From: an uncultured bacterium
GTDB taxonomy: Bacteria; Chlamydiota; Chlamydiia; Chlamydiales; SM23-39
DNA length: 64,000 nucleotides
Direction: 5' to 3'
Assembly: GCA_964351495.1 (NCBI GenBank)
Contig: CAYGOC010000008.1
Span: 15,408 to 79,407, forward strand
The notes under the pieces are model-generated. The model was not told where the DNA came from. It saw only the letters and a list, made by a program, of their open reading frames with translations, and did not search any database. The stretch's first letter is position 1, and each line of letters starts with the position of its first letter. The position numbers were made by a program, and so were the translations under genes. Below are positions 35,759 to 45,297 of the stretch, piece after piece.

Positions 35759-37366
35759 ATGGGACTAAAAAGAAATATTGGAACATTTGGCATCCTGTTT
35801 TCTGCTGTTGGAGGCGTAATTGGCTCCGGATGGCTTTTTGGTCCTTTTTATGCAGCCAAAATCGCAGGCCCCGCCGCTATACTCTCTTGGCTTATCGGTG
35901 GTTTTTTAATGATGTTTATAGCTCTCACCTTTGCAGAGCTTGCAACTATGTTCCCTATAGCGGGTGGAGTGGCTAGGTTTTCCCATTTTAGTCATGGCTC
36001 TCTTGTCAGCTTTACTATGAGTTGGTGTGGTTGGCTTTCCTCAATAGTAGTAGCTCCTATAGAAACGATGGCACTCTTACAATACGCCTCGAACTACATT
36101 CCCAATATTGTAGAAAATTTTGAAGGCACACACATTTTGACAGGAAGCGGTATAGCTTTAGCTGCAAGCTTAATGTTAATTATGTGTTTTATCAATTATT
36201 TTGGAATAAAATGGGTTAGCAAAATCAATAATGCAATTGTTGTTATTAAACTGGCCGTTCCTATTCTTACTCTCATCCTTTTATTTACTTTGAATTTCAA
36301 TATCCAGAACTTCACTAGTTTCGGATTTGCTCCCTACGGAATAAAAGGAATACTCACAGCCTTGCCCACAGCAGGGGTTATTTTTTCTTTTATCGGATAT
36401 AACCCGGCTATTCAACTTGCCGGAGAAGCAAAGAACCCTAGAAAAATGATCCCGATAGCTATTATTGGGGCCCTTTCTATTACCCTTATTTTATATGTAT
36501 TCATCCAAACTTCTTTTATTGGAGCTGTTGAGCCTGACTTAGAAACAGGTTGGAAAAACCTCGCTTTTTCAAAAGATAATGGCCCTTTTGTAGGGCTTGC
36601 AGCAGGGATGGGCCTTACTTGGCTTGTAGTAGTTTTATATTTGGATGCTATTATCTCCCCATTCGGCACTGCTTTGATTTATACCTCCTCTGCCGGAAGA
36701 ATCAATTATGCGATGAGTCAAAATGGATATATGCCGCAATCCATGCGAAATCTTTCTAAAAGAGGAGTCCCTCTTAGAGCAATATTTCTGAACTACATCA
36801 TGGGTTTAATTCTGTTTCTGCCTTTTCCCGGATGGCAAAACATGGTTGAGTTTTTAGTTTCAGCCTTTATCATATCCTATGCAGTAGGCCCTATCGCATT
36901 GATTGCTCTCCGAGACCGTCTCCCTGAACAAAAAAGAGTCTTTAAAGTCCCTTTTCCCCATATTTTTTGTTTAATCGCTTTTTATATTTGTAACCTATTG
37001 GCTTTTTGGACAGGCTGGAAAACCATGGGGAGAATTCTGTTAGCGATAGGCTTAGGTTATCTTTTTCTTTTCTTTTATAAAAAGCGGGTTACAACTCTTA
37101 ATTTATTTTTTCGGAATGGGTGGTGGCTTTTTCTTTACTTACTTGGGCTAGGCATGCTCTCTTATGTAAGTACTTTTGGAGGAGGAATAGGCCTTATCCC
37201 CTTTGGTTGGGATTTTGCTTTCCTTGCAGGATTTACACTGATTATCTTTTACCTTGCTAAATCTCTTGCTTTGCAAGGTTCTGATATCAAAGAAATTTTA
37301 GGTGATGTAGTAAATTTCTCCCACATCAAAACTGAAAGCTTCGAAGATTCCCTTCCAAAAGAGTAA
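35759..37366 (+). CDS. APC-superfamily amino-acid permease
   Basis: 535 aa with about 12 TM. N-terminal APC signature FGILFSAVGGVIGSGWLFGPFYAAKIAGPAAILSWLIGG...FAELATMFPIAGG. Confidence 0.85.
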   Translation: MGLKRNIGTFGILFSAVGGVIGSGWLFGPFYAAKIAGPAAILSWLIGGFLMMFIALTFAELATMFPIAGGVARFSHFSHGSLVSFTMSWCGWLSSIVVAPIETMALLQYASNYIPNIVENFEGTHILTGSGIALAASLMLIMCFINYFGIKWVSKINNAIVVIKLAVPILTLILLFTLNFNIQNFTSFGFAPYGIKGILTALPTAGVIFSFIGYNPAIQLAGEAKNPRKMIPIAIIGALSITLILYVFIQTSFIGAVEPDLETGWKNLAFSKDNGPFVGLAAGMGLTWLVVVLYLDAIISPFGTALIYTSSAGRINYAMSQNGYMPQSMRNLSKRGVPLRAIFLNYIMGLILFLPFPGWQNMVEFLVSAFIISYAVGPIALIALRDRLPEQKRVFKVPFPHIFCLIAFYICNLLAFWTGWKTMGRILLAIGLGYLFLFFYKKRVTTLNLFFRNGWWLFLYLLGLGMLSYVSTFGGGIGLIPFGWDFAFLAGFTLIIFYLAKSLALQGSDIKEILGDVVNFSHIKTESFEDSLPKE

Positions 37367-37387
37367 TCTAAAGTCTCCCGTATTTTT

Positions 37388-39262
37388 TTAAGAAAAAAGA
37401 GAAGAGACAAGGCGAAAAATATCGTGGTAAGTAACGTAGATAAAGAAAAAGATCAGAAGCACAAAAAAAGGCAACGTCATTTTCTCGAGCATGCTTTGAC
37501 TGATTCTTTTCTTCCGAATCATCTCAACTACAGAAAACACAATATGCCCCCCGTCTAATATAGGGATAGGAAGAAGATTTAAAACAGCCAGATTTAAACT
37601 AATGAGTCCAAGCCAAAAAAGCGCTTCTTTAGCTCCAATGAGCCAGCTTTGTTGTACCATGTGTAAAATACCTACAGGCCCTGCTAGATATTTAGCATTT
37701 AGCTGTCCTTGAAAAAGAGAAGAAAAGGTTCTGCCCACATCCTTTAAAACACCCCAAAAAAGCGCTAAAGGGTTTGGGTTGTACTCTACCTGTTTATCTT
37801 CAAAAGAGGCTCCTAAGAAAAAGGACTCCGGTGCGTTTTCCCCTCGTTGTATCCATTGGTCTTTGAGGCCTTTGGGAGCATTTTTGGAAAAAAAGAGAGA
37901 GGGATTTTTCACGATCTCTTTTGCCTTCATTAAAGAGACCGGCTTTAAAAGGAAAAAATTACCGGAGGAGCTGAATGCATTTTGAGCCCCTATATTCTCT
38001 ACCAAAGGTTTTAGCTTTTGTAAAAAAACCTCTTGGTCAAAGTCCTTATCTGCTTTTTTCCAGGAAATATTATCAAAAAGCGCTGAATCTCTCTGTACAA
38101 TCATTACAGGTTTTCTTGTCTGCAAAGCTTTTAAAAGGGAAAAAGAATTCGCAATCCTCTCTCCATTTACGGCAACTATTTTATCCCCCGGCTGAAGGGG
38201 ATTAAAGTAAGGACACCTTTGACAAGATAAAAAAGCCCTTTTTTGATCTAAACGATCCATAAAATTGATTCGGTATAAGACAGAGTTGTCTTCTGCAAAA
38301 AAATAAGGAAGAAAATAGAGATCTTTTAAAGAGGCGCTAATCTTTGCCTCATGTTTCCAATCATCCAGCTCCCCTTGTTGCTCTTCATCTAACTGAAAGT
38401 CCTGTAGCTGTCCCAAAGCCATCTTAGAATGAAATAGAGATCCATTTCTCTCTACCGTTAAAAAAACGGCAGCTTCGTTTATTAAAGATTTCAGTTGGGA
38501 CTGAGAAAAAACAAACTCCCCATTTACCCAAAACAGGCGATCCCCTTCTTGTATCCCCGCTTCTTCTAAGGAATTTTTTTGAAAATTCTGATTTTTTGCA
38601 TACAGCAAATACTGCGCAGGAAGAAACGCTAGATCAATCCCTCCTTTTGGGTCAATCTTGCCCAAATAAGATTCAATCTCAAAGGGAATCTTTCTGTGAA
38701 TCGGATAGTCAATCTTATTCCCTTTAAAAGAAACAAGCCCCCCTTCACTTGTAAGCATAGCATATAAAAGCTCTTGATAGCCTGTAAAAGGTTTCCCATT
38801 TATATAGCGAATCTCATCCCCAGGTCTTACCCCTTCCTTGTATAGTTCTGTTGAATCTTGTAAATACCCGATTCTTTGCGTAAATTGACTAAACGGCTTG
38901 AGTCTACCCCCCGAAAGCCACAAAGCGGTGAAAATAAGAATAGCAAAACAAATATTGACCAAAGGCCCCATGAAGGCCACTTGAATCCTTTGCCAAGGAG
39001 TTTTTGAAAAGAAACCTCCTTCTATCTCATGAGGTTCTTTAGAACCTTCCTTTTGCATTCCCGCAATCTTTACATACCCTCCAAAAGGAAGAACGCAAAG
39101 ACGCCACTCTACATCGTTTCGCTTCCACTTTAGAAAAGGTTTTCCAAAACCTATACTAAACGCTTCCACTTTCATTCCCACTTTTCGAGCCATAAAATAA
39201 TGACCAAGCTCATGAATGAAAACTAAAAGACCGAGACCTAAAATAGCTAAAAGGATGGACAT
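37388..39262 (-). CDS. rseP: RIP site-2 metalloprotease RseP (YaeL) with an extended PDZ region
   Basis: 624 aa. HELGHY zinc motif at the N-terminus and NLLPIPILDGGH near the C-terminus, with a PDZ-like middle. Overlaps dxr as in the chlamydial yaeM-yaeL pair. Confidence 0.87.
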   Translation of the reverse strand: MSILLAILGLGLLVFIHELGHYFMARKVGMKVEAFSIGFGKPFLKWKRNDVEWRLCVLPFGGYVKIAGMQKEGSKEPHEIEGGFFSKTPWQRIQVAFMGPLVNICFAILIFTALWLSGGRLKPFSQFTQRIGYLQDSTELYKEGVRPGDEIRYINGKPFTGYQELLYAMLTSEGGLVSFKGNKIDYPIHRKIPFEIESYLGKIDPKGGIDLAFLPAQYLLYAKNQNFQKNSLEEAGIQEGDRLFWVNGEFVFSQSQLKSLINEAAVFLTVERNGSLFHSKMALGQLQDFQLDEEQQGELDDWKHEAKISASLKDLYFLPYFFAEDNSVLYRINFMDRLDQKRAFLSCQRCPYFNPLQPGDKIVAVNGERIANSFSLLKALQTRKPVMIVQRDSALFDNISWKKADKDFDQEVFLQKLKPLVENIGAQNAFSSSGNFFLLKPVSLMKAKEIVKNPSLFFSKNAPKGLKDQWIQRGENAPESFFLGASFEDKQVEYNPNPLALFWGVLKDVGRTFSSLFQGQLNAKYLAGPVGILHMVQQSWLIGAKEALFWLGLISLNLAVLNLLPIPILDGGHIVFSVVEMIRKKRISQSMLEKMTLPFFVLLIFFFIYVTYHDIFRLVSSLFS

Positions 39263-40392
39263 AAAGAATCTATAAGAGTTTCTGTTTGTTTTCTAGCATA
39301 GCTATCTAGCGCTATGATTCTTTGCAAGCTTATCACATCCAAAGGGGTTTGCAAAGAGATTAATTTTTCCAAAAGTTCTGCTATATCGTTCCATCTAATT
39401 TTTTTTTGTAAAAATTTTTCTACTAAAACTTCATTACAAGCATTCAAAAAACAAGAGGCTCCCCTTTTTTTCGAAAGACTCTCTAAAGCAAGCTTTAAAC
39501 AAGGAAACTTGTCATAGTCTACCGGATAAAACTGCACGCTTTTTTCTCGGGTAAGATCCCAAAAGGGCCTTTTTGTCTTTACCCTATCCGGATAGGTAAA
39601 CGCATATTGAATAGGCAGCTTCATGTCAGGCTCTGATATTTGAGCTAAAATAGAGCCGTCTTCCATCTCTACAAAACTATGAACCCAACTTTGAGGATGG
39701 ATTACTACCTCTATTTTTTCTTTAGGAATCTGAAAAAGGAAGTGCGCTTCTATTACTTCCAACCCCTTATTCATCAAGGTAGACGAATCTACCGTTATTT
39801 TTTTCCCCATGTTCCAAGTAGGATGCTTTAAAGCCTCCTCTAAAGTAACCTTAGATAACTCCTCTTTTGTTTTATGAAAAAAAGGTCCCCCCGAAGCAGT
39901 TAAGATAAGGCGGTGCACCTTAGCTTTGTCTTCTTTTTGCAAACACTGAAATAAGGCAGAATGTTCACTATCTACGGGAATAATTTGTGCTAGAAAACGC
40001 TCTTCTAAAAGCTCCCCTCCCATAACTAAAAGTTCTTTATTGGCCAAGGCTACCTTTTTTTGTGCCTTTAAAGCAGTGAAAAAAGCGCTTAAAGAATAAG
40101 AGCCGCTCATGGAAAATAAAATAAGATCCACTTCAGGATCCAATACGATCTCTTCTAACCCTTCTTTTTGAGATAAAACAGCAAGAGAGGGATTTTTCCT
40201 CCGCAAAATTTTCGCTTTTTCTTCGTTCCATAAAAACACTTTTTTAGGAGAAAAAAGATCGATCTGCTTTTGTAAAAGTAGATCATTTTCTTTTGCAGCC
40301 AAAGAGACAATCTCCACTTTGGGAAGAGAAAGAGCTACTTCTAAAGCTGCCTTTCCTATAGAACCTGTAGACCCTAAAATAGCTATTTTCAT
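39247..40392 (-). CDS. dxr: 1-deoxy-D-xylulose-5-phosphate reductoisomerase
   Basis: 381 aa. ILGSTGSIG NADPH motif, PVDSEHSALFQCL, NKGLEVIEAH. Confidence 0.93.
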   Translation of the reverse strand: MKIAILGSTGSIGKAALEVALSLPKVEIVSLAAKENDLLLQKQIDLFSPKKVFLWNEEKAKILRRKNPSLAVLSQKEGLEEIVLDPEVDLILFSMSGSYSLSAFFTALKAQKKVALANKELLVMGGELLEERFLAQIIPVDSEHSALFQCLQKEDKAKVHRLILTASGGPFFHKTKEELSKVTLEEALKHPTWNMGKKITVDSSTLMNKGLEVIEAHFLFQIPKEKIEVVIHPQSWVHSFVEMEDGSILAQISEPDMKLPIQYAFTYPDRVKTKRPFWDLTREKSVQFYPVDYDKFPCLKLALESLSKKRGASCFLNACNEVLVEKFLQKKIRWNDIAELLEKLISLQTPLDVISLQRIIALDSYARKQTETLIDSLCPSF

Positions 40393-41351
40393 AATTCCTT
40401 TTTTTGTTTAAAAAGACTTTTAGATTTCCTTTTTCCCAAAGAGAAAACAAGAAAAGAAAGAAGATATCCAAAACCCAAAAAAACCACTACCAAACCGGAA
40501 GAAGAGACAGGTGCTTTATATACAGAAAAAAGGTGTCTTGAAAAAGCAATGCTAATACACGATACGCTCCAAGAGAAAAGAAGAGAAAAAAGAAGAATTT
40601 TCTTCAAAGAATGACACCAAATCCGCACGGCTAGGTAAGGCATCACAAAAAGGCCTATCACCAAAAGAACTCCCACCACCCGAAAGGCACTTACTACTGT
40701 AAGAGACAAAAGAAACATCAAAAAATAGTGGTATAAAGAAGAAGAGAATCCCACATTACAAGAAAAAGAGGCATCAAAAGTGGTAACCTTTAGCCCCCGA
40801 TATAAAAAGGGGAAAAAAATAAGCTGTAACAATAGTAATGGTAAAAACGCTTCTAGATCTTGCTTTTGCAAAATATCCAAACTTCCCATAACTGCCATAG
40901 TTCCTAAGTGAACATTTTTTAAAAAAAGACTCACCAGCAAAATAGCCGTACTAAAGAAAAAAGTAAAAACAAGCCCCGTAGAAGCCTCTTCTTGTAGCTT
41001 CAAGGTTTTAGTAAAAAACTGGGTAGTAATCGTTGTGATCAAAGCTGTAATAAAGGAGGCTATCAAAAGAGGAAAGGTCTCTCCTTGCAAAAGGGCCTCT
41101 TTTTTAGGGAGCCATAAAAAACAAAGAACGATCCCGAGCAAAACAGTATGAGATAAAGAATTAGCTAACATCGTCATCTTTTTTAAAAGGAGAAAAGCCC
41201 CTAAAAAACAAGCTCCTACACTGATAAGACACAGAGCTAATATCTGAATCTCATCACTTACCAAAGACTCTTTTCCCGAAATAAGGGAGGGAATCCTCTT
41301 GCCGAGGGTAATAAAGAACGAGAAGAAAGTATCTTTAGAATACGGATTCAT
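40389..41351 (-). CDS. ytgD: metal ABC transporter permease (ABC-3/TroD family), YtgD
   Basis: 320 aa polytopic membrane protein. Last gene of the ytgABCD-like operon. Confidence 0.8.
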   Translation of the reverse strand: MNPYSKDTFFSFFITLGKRIPSLISGKESLVSDEIQILALCLISVGACFLGAFLLLKKMTMLANSLSHTVLLGIVLCFLWLPKKEALLQGETFPLLIASFITALITTITTQFFTKTLKLQEEASTGLVFTFFFSTAILLVSLFLKNVHLGTMAVMGSLDILQKQDLEAFLPLLLLQLIFFPFLYRGLKVTTFDASFSCNVGFSSSLYHYFLMFLLSLTVVSAFRVVGVLLVIGLFVMPYLAVRIWCHSLKKILLFSLLFSWSVSCISIAFSRHLFSVYKAPVSSSGLVVVFLGFGYLLSFLVFSLGKRKSKSLFKQKKEL

Positions 41352-41354
41352 TTT

Positions 41355-42623
41355 TTAAACCTTAGGGATCGGTTGATCATGCGGATCTTTTTCGGGAGAA
41401 AAAAGAGCCACGTCCAACTTTTTCTCTATCTCCTCATCTAAAACATGTTCCATATACTCTGCCTGTTCATGTACCTTAGAAGCTTTTACATTCATGTGAC
41501 TTACTAGATACAGTTCCCAAAGTCTATGAAGCCTTACTATATGAAGCGCTTTGGTTTTTCCTTCTAAGCTCAAAAAAAGAAGCCCTCTTTTTTTCTGAAT
41601 CCAACCTTCCTTTTTTACCTTCCAAAGGTAGTAAAAAAACCACAACCTAGAAAGGTTCATCCTTTCTCTAATTTCTTTCTCTGAAATTTGTGGAGTTTTG
41701 TAGACCATTTTAATCAAGTTTTCAATGTGGCATTTTCTTCGAAAAAGACAAATCTGCAAAAGTTTATATAAATACCCTCTCTTAGGAGCCAAAAAAAGCG
41801 CAGAAATCGCACTAAAAGAAGCTACCCATACCATCAAAGGGCCACTAGGCAAAGATCCTTTCCCTGTATACAAAAGAGGCAGCAAATTGCCCAAAAAAGC
41901 AGAAAAAATAGCCACTAAAGAAGCTACCCAAAAAAGGGAGGAAAGTTTTTTAGTAAACTGCCTTGCAAATATGGGAGGAGCAACTAACATTCCTAGCATT
42001 AAAACAGAGCCTACAGAACGCATTGATAAAACCATTGAAAAGACAAAAAGAGAAAAAAAAGCTCCTTGTAAAATACGAAAAGAGGGAGTTTTAGCAAAAG
42101 AGGCATCAAATAAAAAAAGTTGAAGAGGTCGAAAAAACGTAAAAATACCCGCAACCAGAAAAAATAAGAAAAGACTCGATAAAGCAAGATAATAAGAAGA
42201 AAGGGTAGCTACCTGGCCGAATAAAAAGGTTTTTACCTCTCGAAAAACCGGTACATTTACAAATTGAAGCCGGCTTACTACCACTACTCCTATACTCCAA
42301 AAAAAAGCGAGAAGAAAGCTCATCGCTCCGTCTTGAGTCATTTTTCCTTTTTTAAGACAAAACTCAAAAGACAAAAGCGCTAAAAGGGTAAAGAAAAACC
42401 CTCCCAGCAAAAGAGAAAAAGAAGAAAAAAGAGCATAACCTAAAGAGCCCCCTATAGCAATGCCGGGATAGGCTGCATGAGAGAGAGTCTCCCCTAAAAG
42501 GGTTTTTTTCTGCACGAAAAGGACACTACCTATCAAAGAACAGCAAACAGAGGCTACCAAACTCCCTAAAAACGGAATTTGAAAGGCCGGGTCAGTACAC
42601 AAAAGATGCAAAGCATGAAACAT
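41355..42623 (-). CDS. ytgC: metal ABC transporter permease fused to a C-terminal DtxR-like repressor domain (YtgC-YtgR)
   Basis: 422 aa. The N-terminal about 295 aa are an ABC-3 permease. The C-terminal about 120 aa (nt about 41358-41726) are DtxR/MntR-like (SEKEIRERMNLS, RLHRLWELYLVSHMN, VHEQAEYMEHVLDEEIEKKL, DPHDQPIP). Confidence 0.82.
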   Translation of the reverse strand: MFHALHLLCTDPAFQIPFLGSLVASVCCSLIGSVLFVQKKTLLGETLSHAAYPGIAIGGSLGYALFSSFSLLLGGFFFTLLALLSFEFCLKKGKMTQDGAMSFLLAFFWSIGVVVVSRLQFVNVPVFREVKTFLFGQVATLSSYYLALSSLFLFFLVAGIFTFFRPLQLFLFDASFAKTPSFRILQGAFFSLFVFSMVLSMRSVGSVLMLGMLVAPPIFARQFTKKLSSLFWVASLVAIFSAFLGNLLPLLYTGKGSLPSGPLMVWVASFSAISALFLAPKRGYLYKLLQICLFRRKCHIENLIKMVYKTPQISEKEIRERMNLSRLWFFYYLWKVKKEGWIQKKRGLLFLSLEGKTKALHIVRLHRLWELYLVSHMNVKASKVHEQAEYMEHVLDEEIEKKLDVALFSPEKDPHDQPIPKV

Positions 42624-43390
42624 TAGACTCTATCCATTTTAGCTGCTTGAAGGCGTGAGGCTTCCTCAAAAAGAAGTGGGTTTTTCCCAAAAGTTGTCTG
42701 TAGGTTTTCCTTTGTTAAAACCTTTTCCACGGAACCAAAGGCTACCACTCTTTTATTTAAAAAAAGCAGTTCATCAAAATACTCTTTTAAGCGGGAAAGG
42801 TCATGATGCACAATCAAGATGGTTTTCCCCTCTTGTTTCCACTCTTGTAAAACCTGCATAATCACCTTTTCTGAAGTGGCATCTACTCCTTGGAAAGGCT
42901 CGTCTAGCAGATACACTTCTGCATTTTGCGCCATAGCCCTTGCTAAAAAAAGCTTTTGCTGCTGTCCCCCAGAAAGCTCTCCTATTTGTCTATTTGCATA
43001 TTCTTTCAACCCCACTTTTTGCAAGGCGTAAAAAACGGCCTCTTTATCAGAGGCTCTGGGTCTTTGCCAAAACTGTAAATGGGAAAATCTCCCCATTAAA
43101 GCCACTTCATAAACAGTAATAGGAAAGTCCCAGTCTATCTCCTCTCTTTGAGGAATGTAGGCTATCCTGTTTTTCACAGAAGAAAAAGTCTCCCCCCAAA
43201 AGGTTATCTTTCCTCCTATTTTCGGACAAAAGCCCATTAAAGCTTTTAAAAGAGTGCTTTTGCCGGCTCCATTGGGCCCCACAATGCCTACCATCTTTTT
43301 AGAAGAAAGAGAAAGAAAAACTTCCCATAAAATGAGGTTTTTCCCGTAGCTTACGGTAAGGTTTTGTACTTCTATTATTCTTTTGGACAT
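42623..43390 (-). CDS. ytgB: metal ABC transporter ATP-binding protein YtgB
   Basis: 255 aa. Walker A GPNGAGKSTLLKAL, signature LSGGQQQK, Walker B VYLLDEP. Confidence 0.9.
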   Translation of the reverse strand: MSKRIIEVQNLTVSYGKNLILWEVFLSLSSKKMVGIVGPNGAGKSTLLKALMGFCPKIGGKITFWGETFSSVKNRIAYIPQREEIDWDFPITVYEVALMGRFSHLQFWQRPRASDKEAVFYALQKVGLKEYANRQIGELSGGQQQKLFLARAMAQNAEVYLLDEPFQGVDATSEKVIMQVLQEWKQEGKTILIVHHDLSRLKEYFDELLFLNKRVVAFGSVEKVLTKENLQTTFGKNPLLFEEASRLQAAKMDRV

Positions 43391-44316
43391 AAAAACTCAA
43401 AAATTACGGCAGCATTGTGGGTTTGCATAGATAAATACCCTTGGTTTTCGGGCATACAGTCTCCATATAAAGGCTTTTTAGCAATTTCTACTTGAACTCC
43501 TCTTTTTTTAGAATCTTCTACAATTTTTTCTAAAGAGGCTCTAGAGACATTGGTCTCCGCAAAAATAGCCTGCACTTTTTTTTCTTCCACAAAACTTACA
43601 ATTCTTTTGATATCCAAAGAACTAATAGCTCCATCAGGGGCAAGCCCTTCCGGAGCCTCTACTCTGAGAGGTTCTTTTTCTTGGGAAGAGAGGTAAGCCT
43701 TTGCAAAATAGTGAAAGGCATCGTGACTCGTTACTAAATATCTTCTTTCTTCCGGGATCTTTTGCAAAAGAGAAAAGATCTCTTTGTGCTTTTCCCAAAT
43801 TTTCTTTTGTAAAAGGAGGGCCCTTTCTTGATAAAATTTTTCGTTTTCGGGATCGATTTTAGAAAGCCTCTCTGCAATTAAAGGAGGAAGCTCAGCCCAA
43901 AGAGAAAGATCCATCCAAATATGAGGATCCACCACTCCCTCTTTATATAAAATTTTCTCCGGAACCTTTTCTTTGACTAGATCTCCTAAAGAGTGTGCTC
44001 TGGACGAGTTTTTTAAATAAAAAGACAAAGAAGCCCCATGTTCTAAACCGAGGCCATTATAAAAAATCAGATCAGCCTCTCCCAGCTTTTCATCATCCCC
44101 TTTTACCATCTCATAGCTATGAGGATCTATCTCTCCTAAAATTAACTTGTGGGATTCAATTTTTTCTCCCCCTATTTCCCGAACTAGGTCTTCGATCATC
44201 CCTATGGTAGACAAAACTTGTTTTCTAGAAGAGAGTCCTTCTTTTAACTCTTGTTTTTGAGAACACGAAAAAAACCCCAAAAACAGAAACATCAACAATA
44301 AAACCCGCTTCACCAA
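43375..44316 (-). CDS. ytgA: periplasmic metal-binding protein (cluster-9 SBP, TroA/ZnuA family) YtgA
   Basis: 313 aa. Signal/lipobox-like N-terminus (LLLMFLFLGFFSCSQ), DPHSYE, DPHIWMDL, TSHDAFHYFAKAY. Confidence 0.87.
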   Translation of the reverse strand: MVKRVLLLMFLFLGFFSCSQKQELKEGLSSRKQVLSTIGMIEDLVREIGGEKIESHKLILGEIDPHSYEMVKGDDEKLGEADLIFYNGLGLEHGASLSFYLKNSSRAHSLGDLVKEKVPEKILYKEGVVDPHIWMDLSLWAELPPLIAERLSKIDPENEKFYQERALLLQKKIWEKHKEIFSLLQKIPEERRYLVTSHDAFHYFAKAYLSSQEKEPLRVEAPEGLAPDGAISSLDIKRIVSFVEEKKVQAIFAETNVSRASLEKIVEDSKKRGVQVEIAKKPLYGDCMPENQGYLSMQTHNAAVIFEFLCPKE

Positions 44317-44449
44317 AGCTCCCTGATTTAAAAATAGAGCCTATAATAACAAAACCTCTTTTAATTGGCAAAGCACCTAATCTTTACTTAAAAAATGAAA
44401 TAAAATCGAAAAAAACTGAATTTAAAATCTTTCACCTTTATTTCTTTGT

Positions 44450-44480
44450 TTTTGAGAAAAGGCAGAAATATTTCTCAAAA
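44450..44480. promoter_or_regulatory. 10-bp perfect inverted repeat in the divergent ytgA / 44630-ORF intergenic region (candidate operator)
   Basis: TTTTGAGAAA-N11-TTTCTCAAAA read directly from the sequence. It lies about 135-165 nt upstream of ytgA and about 150 nt upstream of the 44630 ATG. Confidence 0.3.
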
Positions 44481-44629
44481 AAGATGGATTTAAAAAAGGG
44501 GTTATGATAAATCCAAATAACAAACTAAACAGAAAGGATCATTTAAATGATCTTAAAAAAGATAAAATCTTCTTATGGGATTTCATTAGTCTAAATAAAA
44601 AGAAAGATTTAAATAATGAAGGGAAAATT

Positions 44630-45118
44630 ATGAAAAATTTGAAAGAATTAGAAGAAACAATAGCAAAAGCGATTAAAAAAGTGGGAGCTCGAAAAGAAAA
44701 CGAACTATGCAAATATATCCCTATGAATTCAGGAGGGTATATGCACCATTTCACACTAAAGAAAATGAAAACAAAACAACCTGAAGAACTAAAAGAGAAG
44801 ATTAAAAAATTTATTATAAATTCAGACAAACCTAGCATCATTCCTCCTAAGGCTAGAGCCGCCAGAGGTTCTAGAAAAAGAAGAGACCAACTTCTTTTTT
44901 CTAAGACACAACTAGAAAGAATGTTGAATATTGCGAAGCTAGCGGGAGATAAAGAAATCATTGCCGTTCTTAGCCCCAAAAAATCGCTAACAAACTGTAA
45001 AAAAGATTTAATACAAGCAATTCGTCATAACCGAGTAGAACAAGATCTTTGGAATGCCTACGTAGAGTCGGTTCAAGTTTCTCAAGAGCTTGCTGAATCT
45101 GCTTCTTTTCATTCTTAA
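44630..45118 (+). CDS. hypothetical basic (Lys/Arg-rich) protein, possible small DNA-binding regulator
   Basis: About 162 aa from the ATG at 44630 (GAAGGGA upstream). The ORF track allows an earlier ATG at 44504. Very basic (KARAARGSRKRRD). It occupies the position of CT066 in the chlamydial ytgA-npt1 interval. Any relation to Euo-type regulators is only a guess. Confidence 0.6.
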   Translation: MKNLKELEETIAKAIKKVGARKENELCKYIPMNSGGYMHHFTLKKMKTKQPEELKEKIKKFIINSDKPSIIPPKARAARGSRKRRDQLLFSKTQLERMLNIAKLAGDKEIIAVLSPKKSLTNCKKDLIQAIRHNRVEQDLWNAYVESVQVSQELAESASFHS

Positions 45119-45125
45119 AACAGCA

Positions 45126-45161
45126 AAAGTTGACAAAGTTTTTTTTAACTTTGTCAACTTT
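45126..45161 (+). terminator. perfect 15-bp hairpin (AAAGTTGACAAAGTT-T6-AACTTTGTCAACTTT) 8 nt after the stop codon
   Basis: Read directly from the sequence. AT-rich stem followed by CCTTTTACC. Each arm contains TTGACA, so an operator role cannot be excluded. Confidence 0.5.
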
Positions 45162-45297
45162 CCTTTTACCTCTAGGGAATTTCCTTGATTTTTTCTGATT
45201 TTTTCGTAAAATGGATCTTTTTTGAACTCTTAGATCTTTGGTTAAGATCTAAAACATAAACTTTGTTAAAAAATTTTATTCTGAGGAATTAATTATT

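Noticed and set aside
44504-44629. N-terminal 42-aa extension of the basic-protein ORF (start at 44504), and naming the protein Euo.
   Set aside because: The extension is Asn/Lys low complexity with no Shine-Dalgarno, while the ATG at 44630 has one. I cannot verify a Euo assignment from memory, and the genomic position matches CT066 rather than euo. The product is therefore left as hypothetical.
44539-44979. 146-aa minus-strand ORF opposite the basic protein gene.
   Set aside because: The plus-strand ORF has a Shine-Dalgarno and a protein-like charged sequence. The minus ORF is Phe/Leu/Ser-rich low complexity mirroring Lys/Glu codons.
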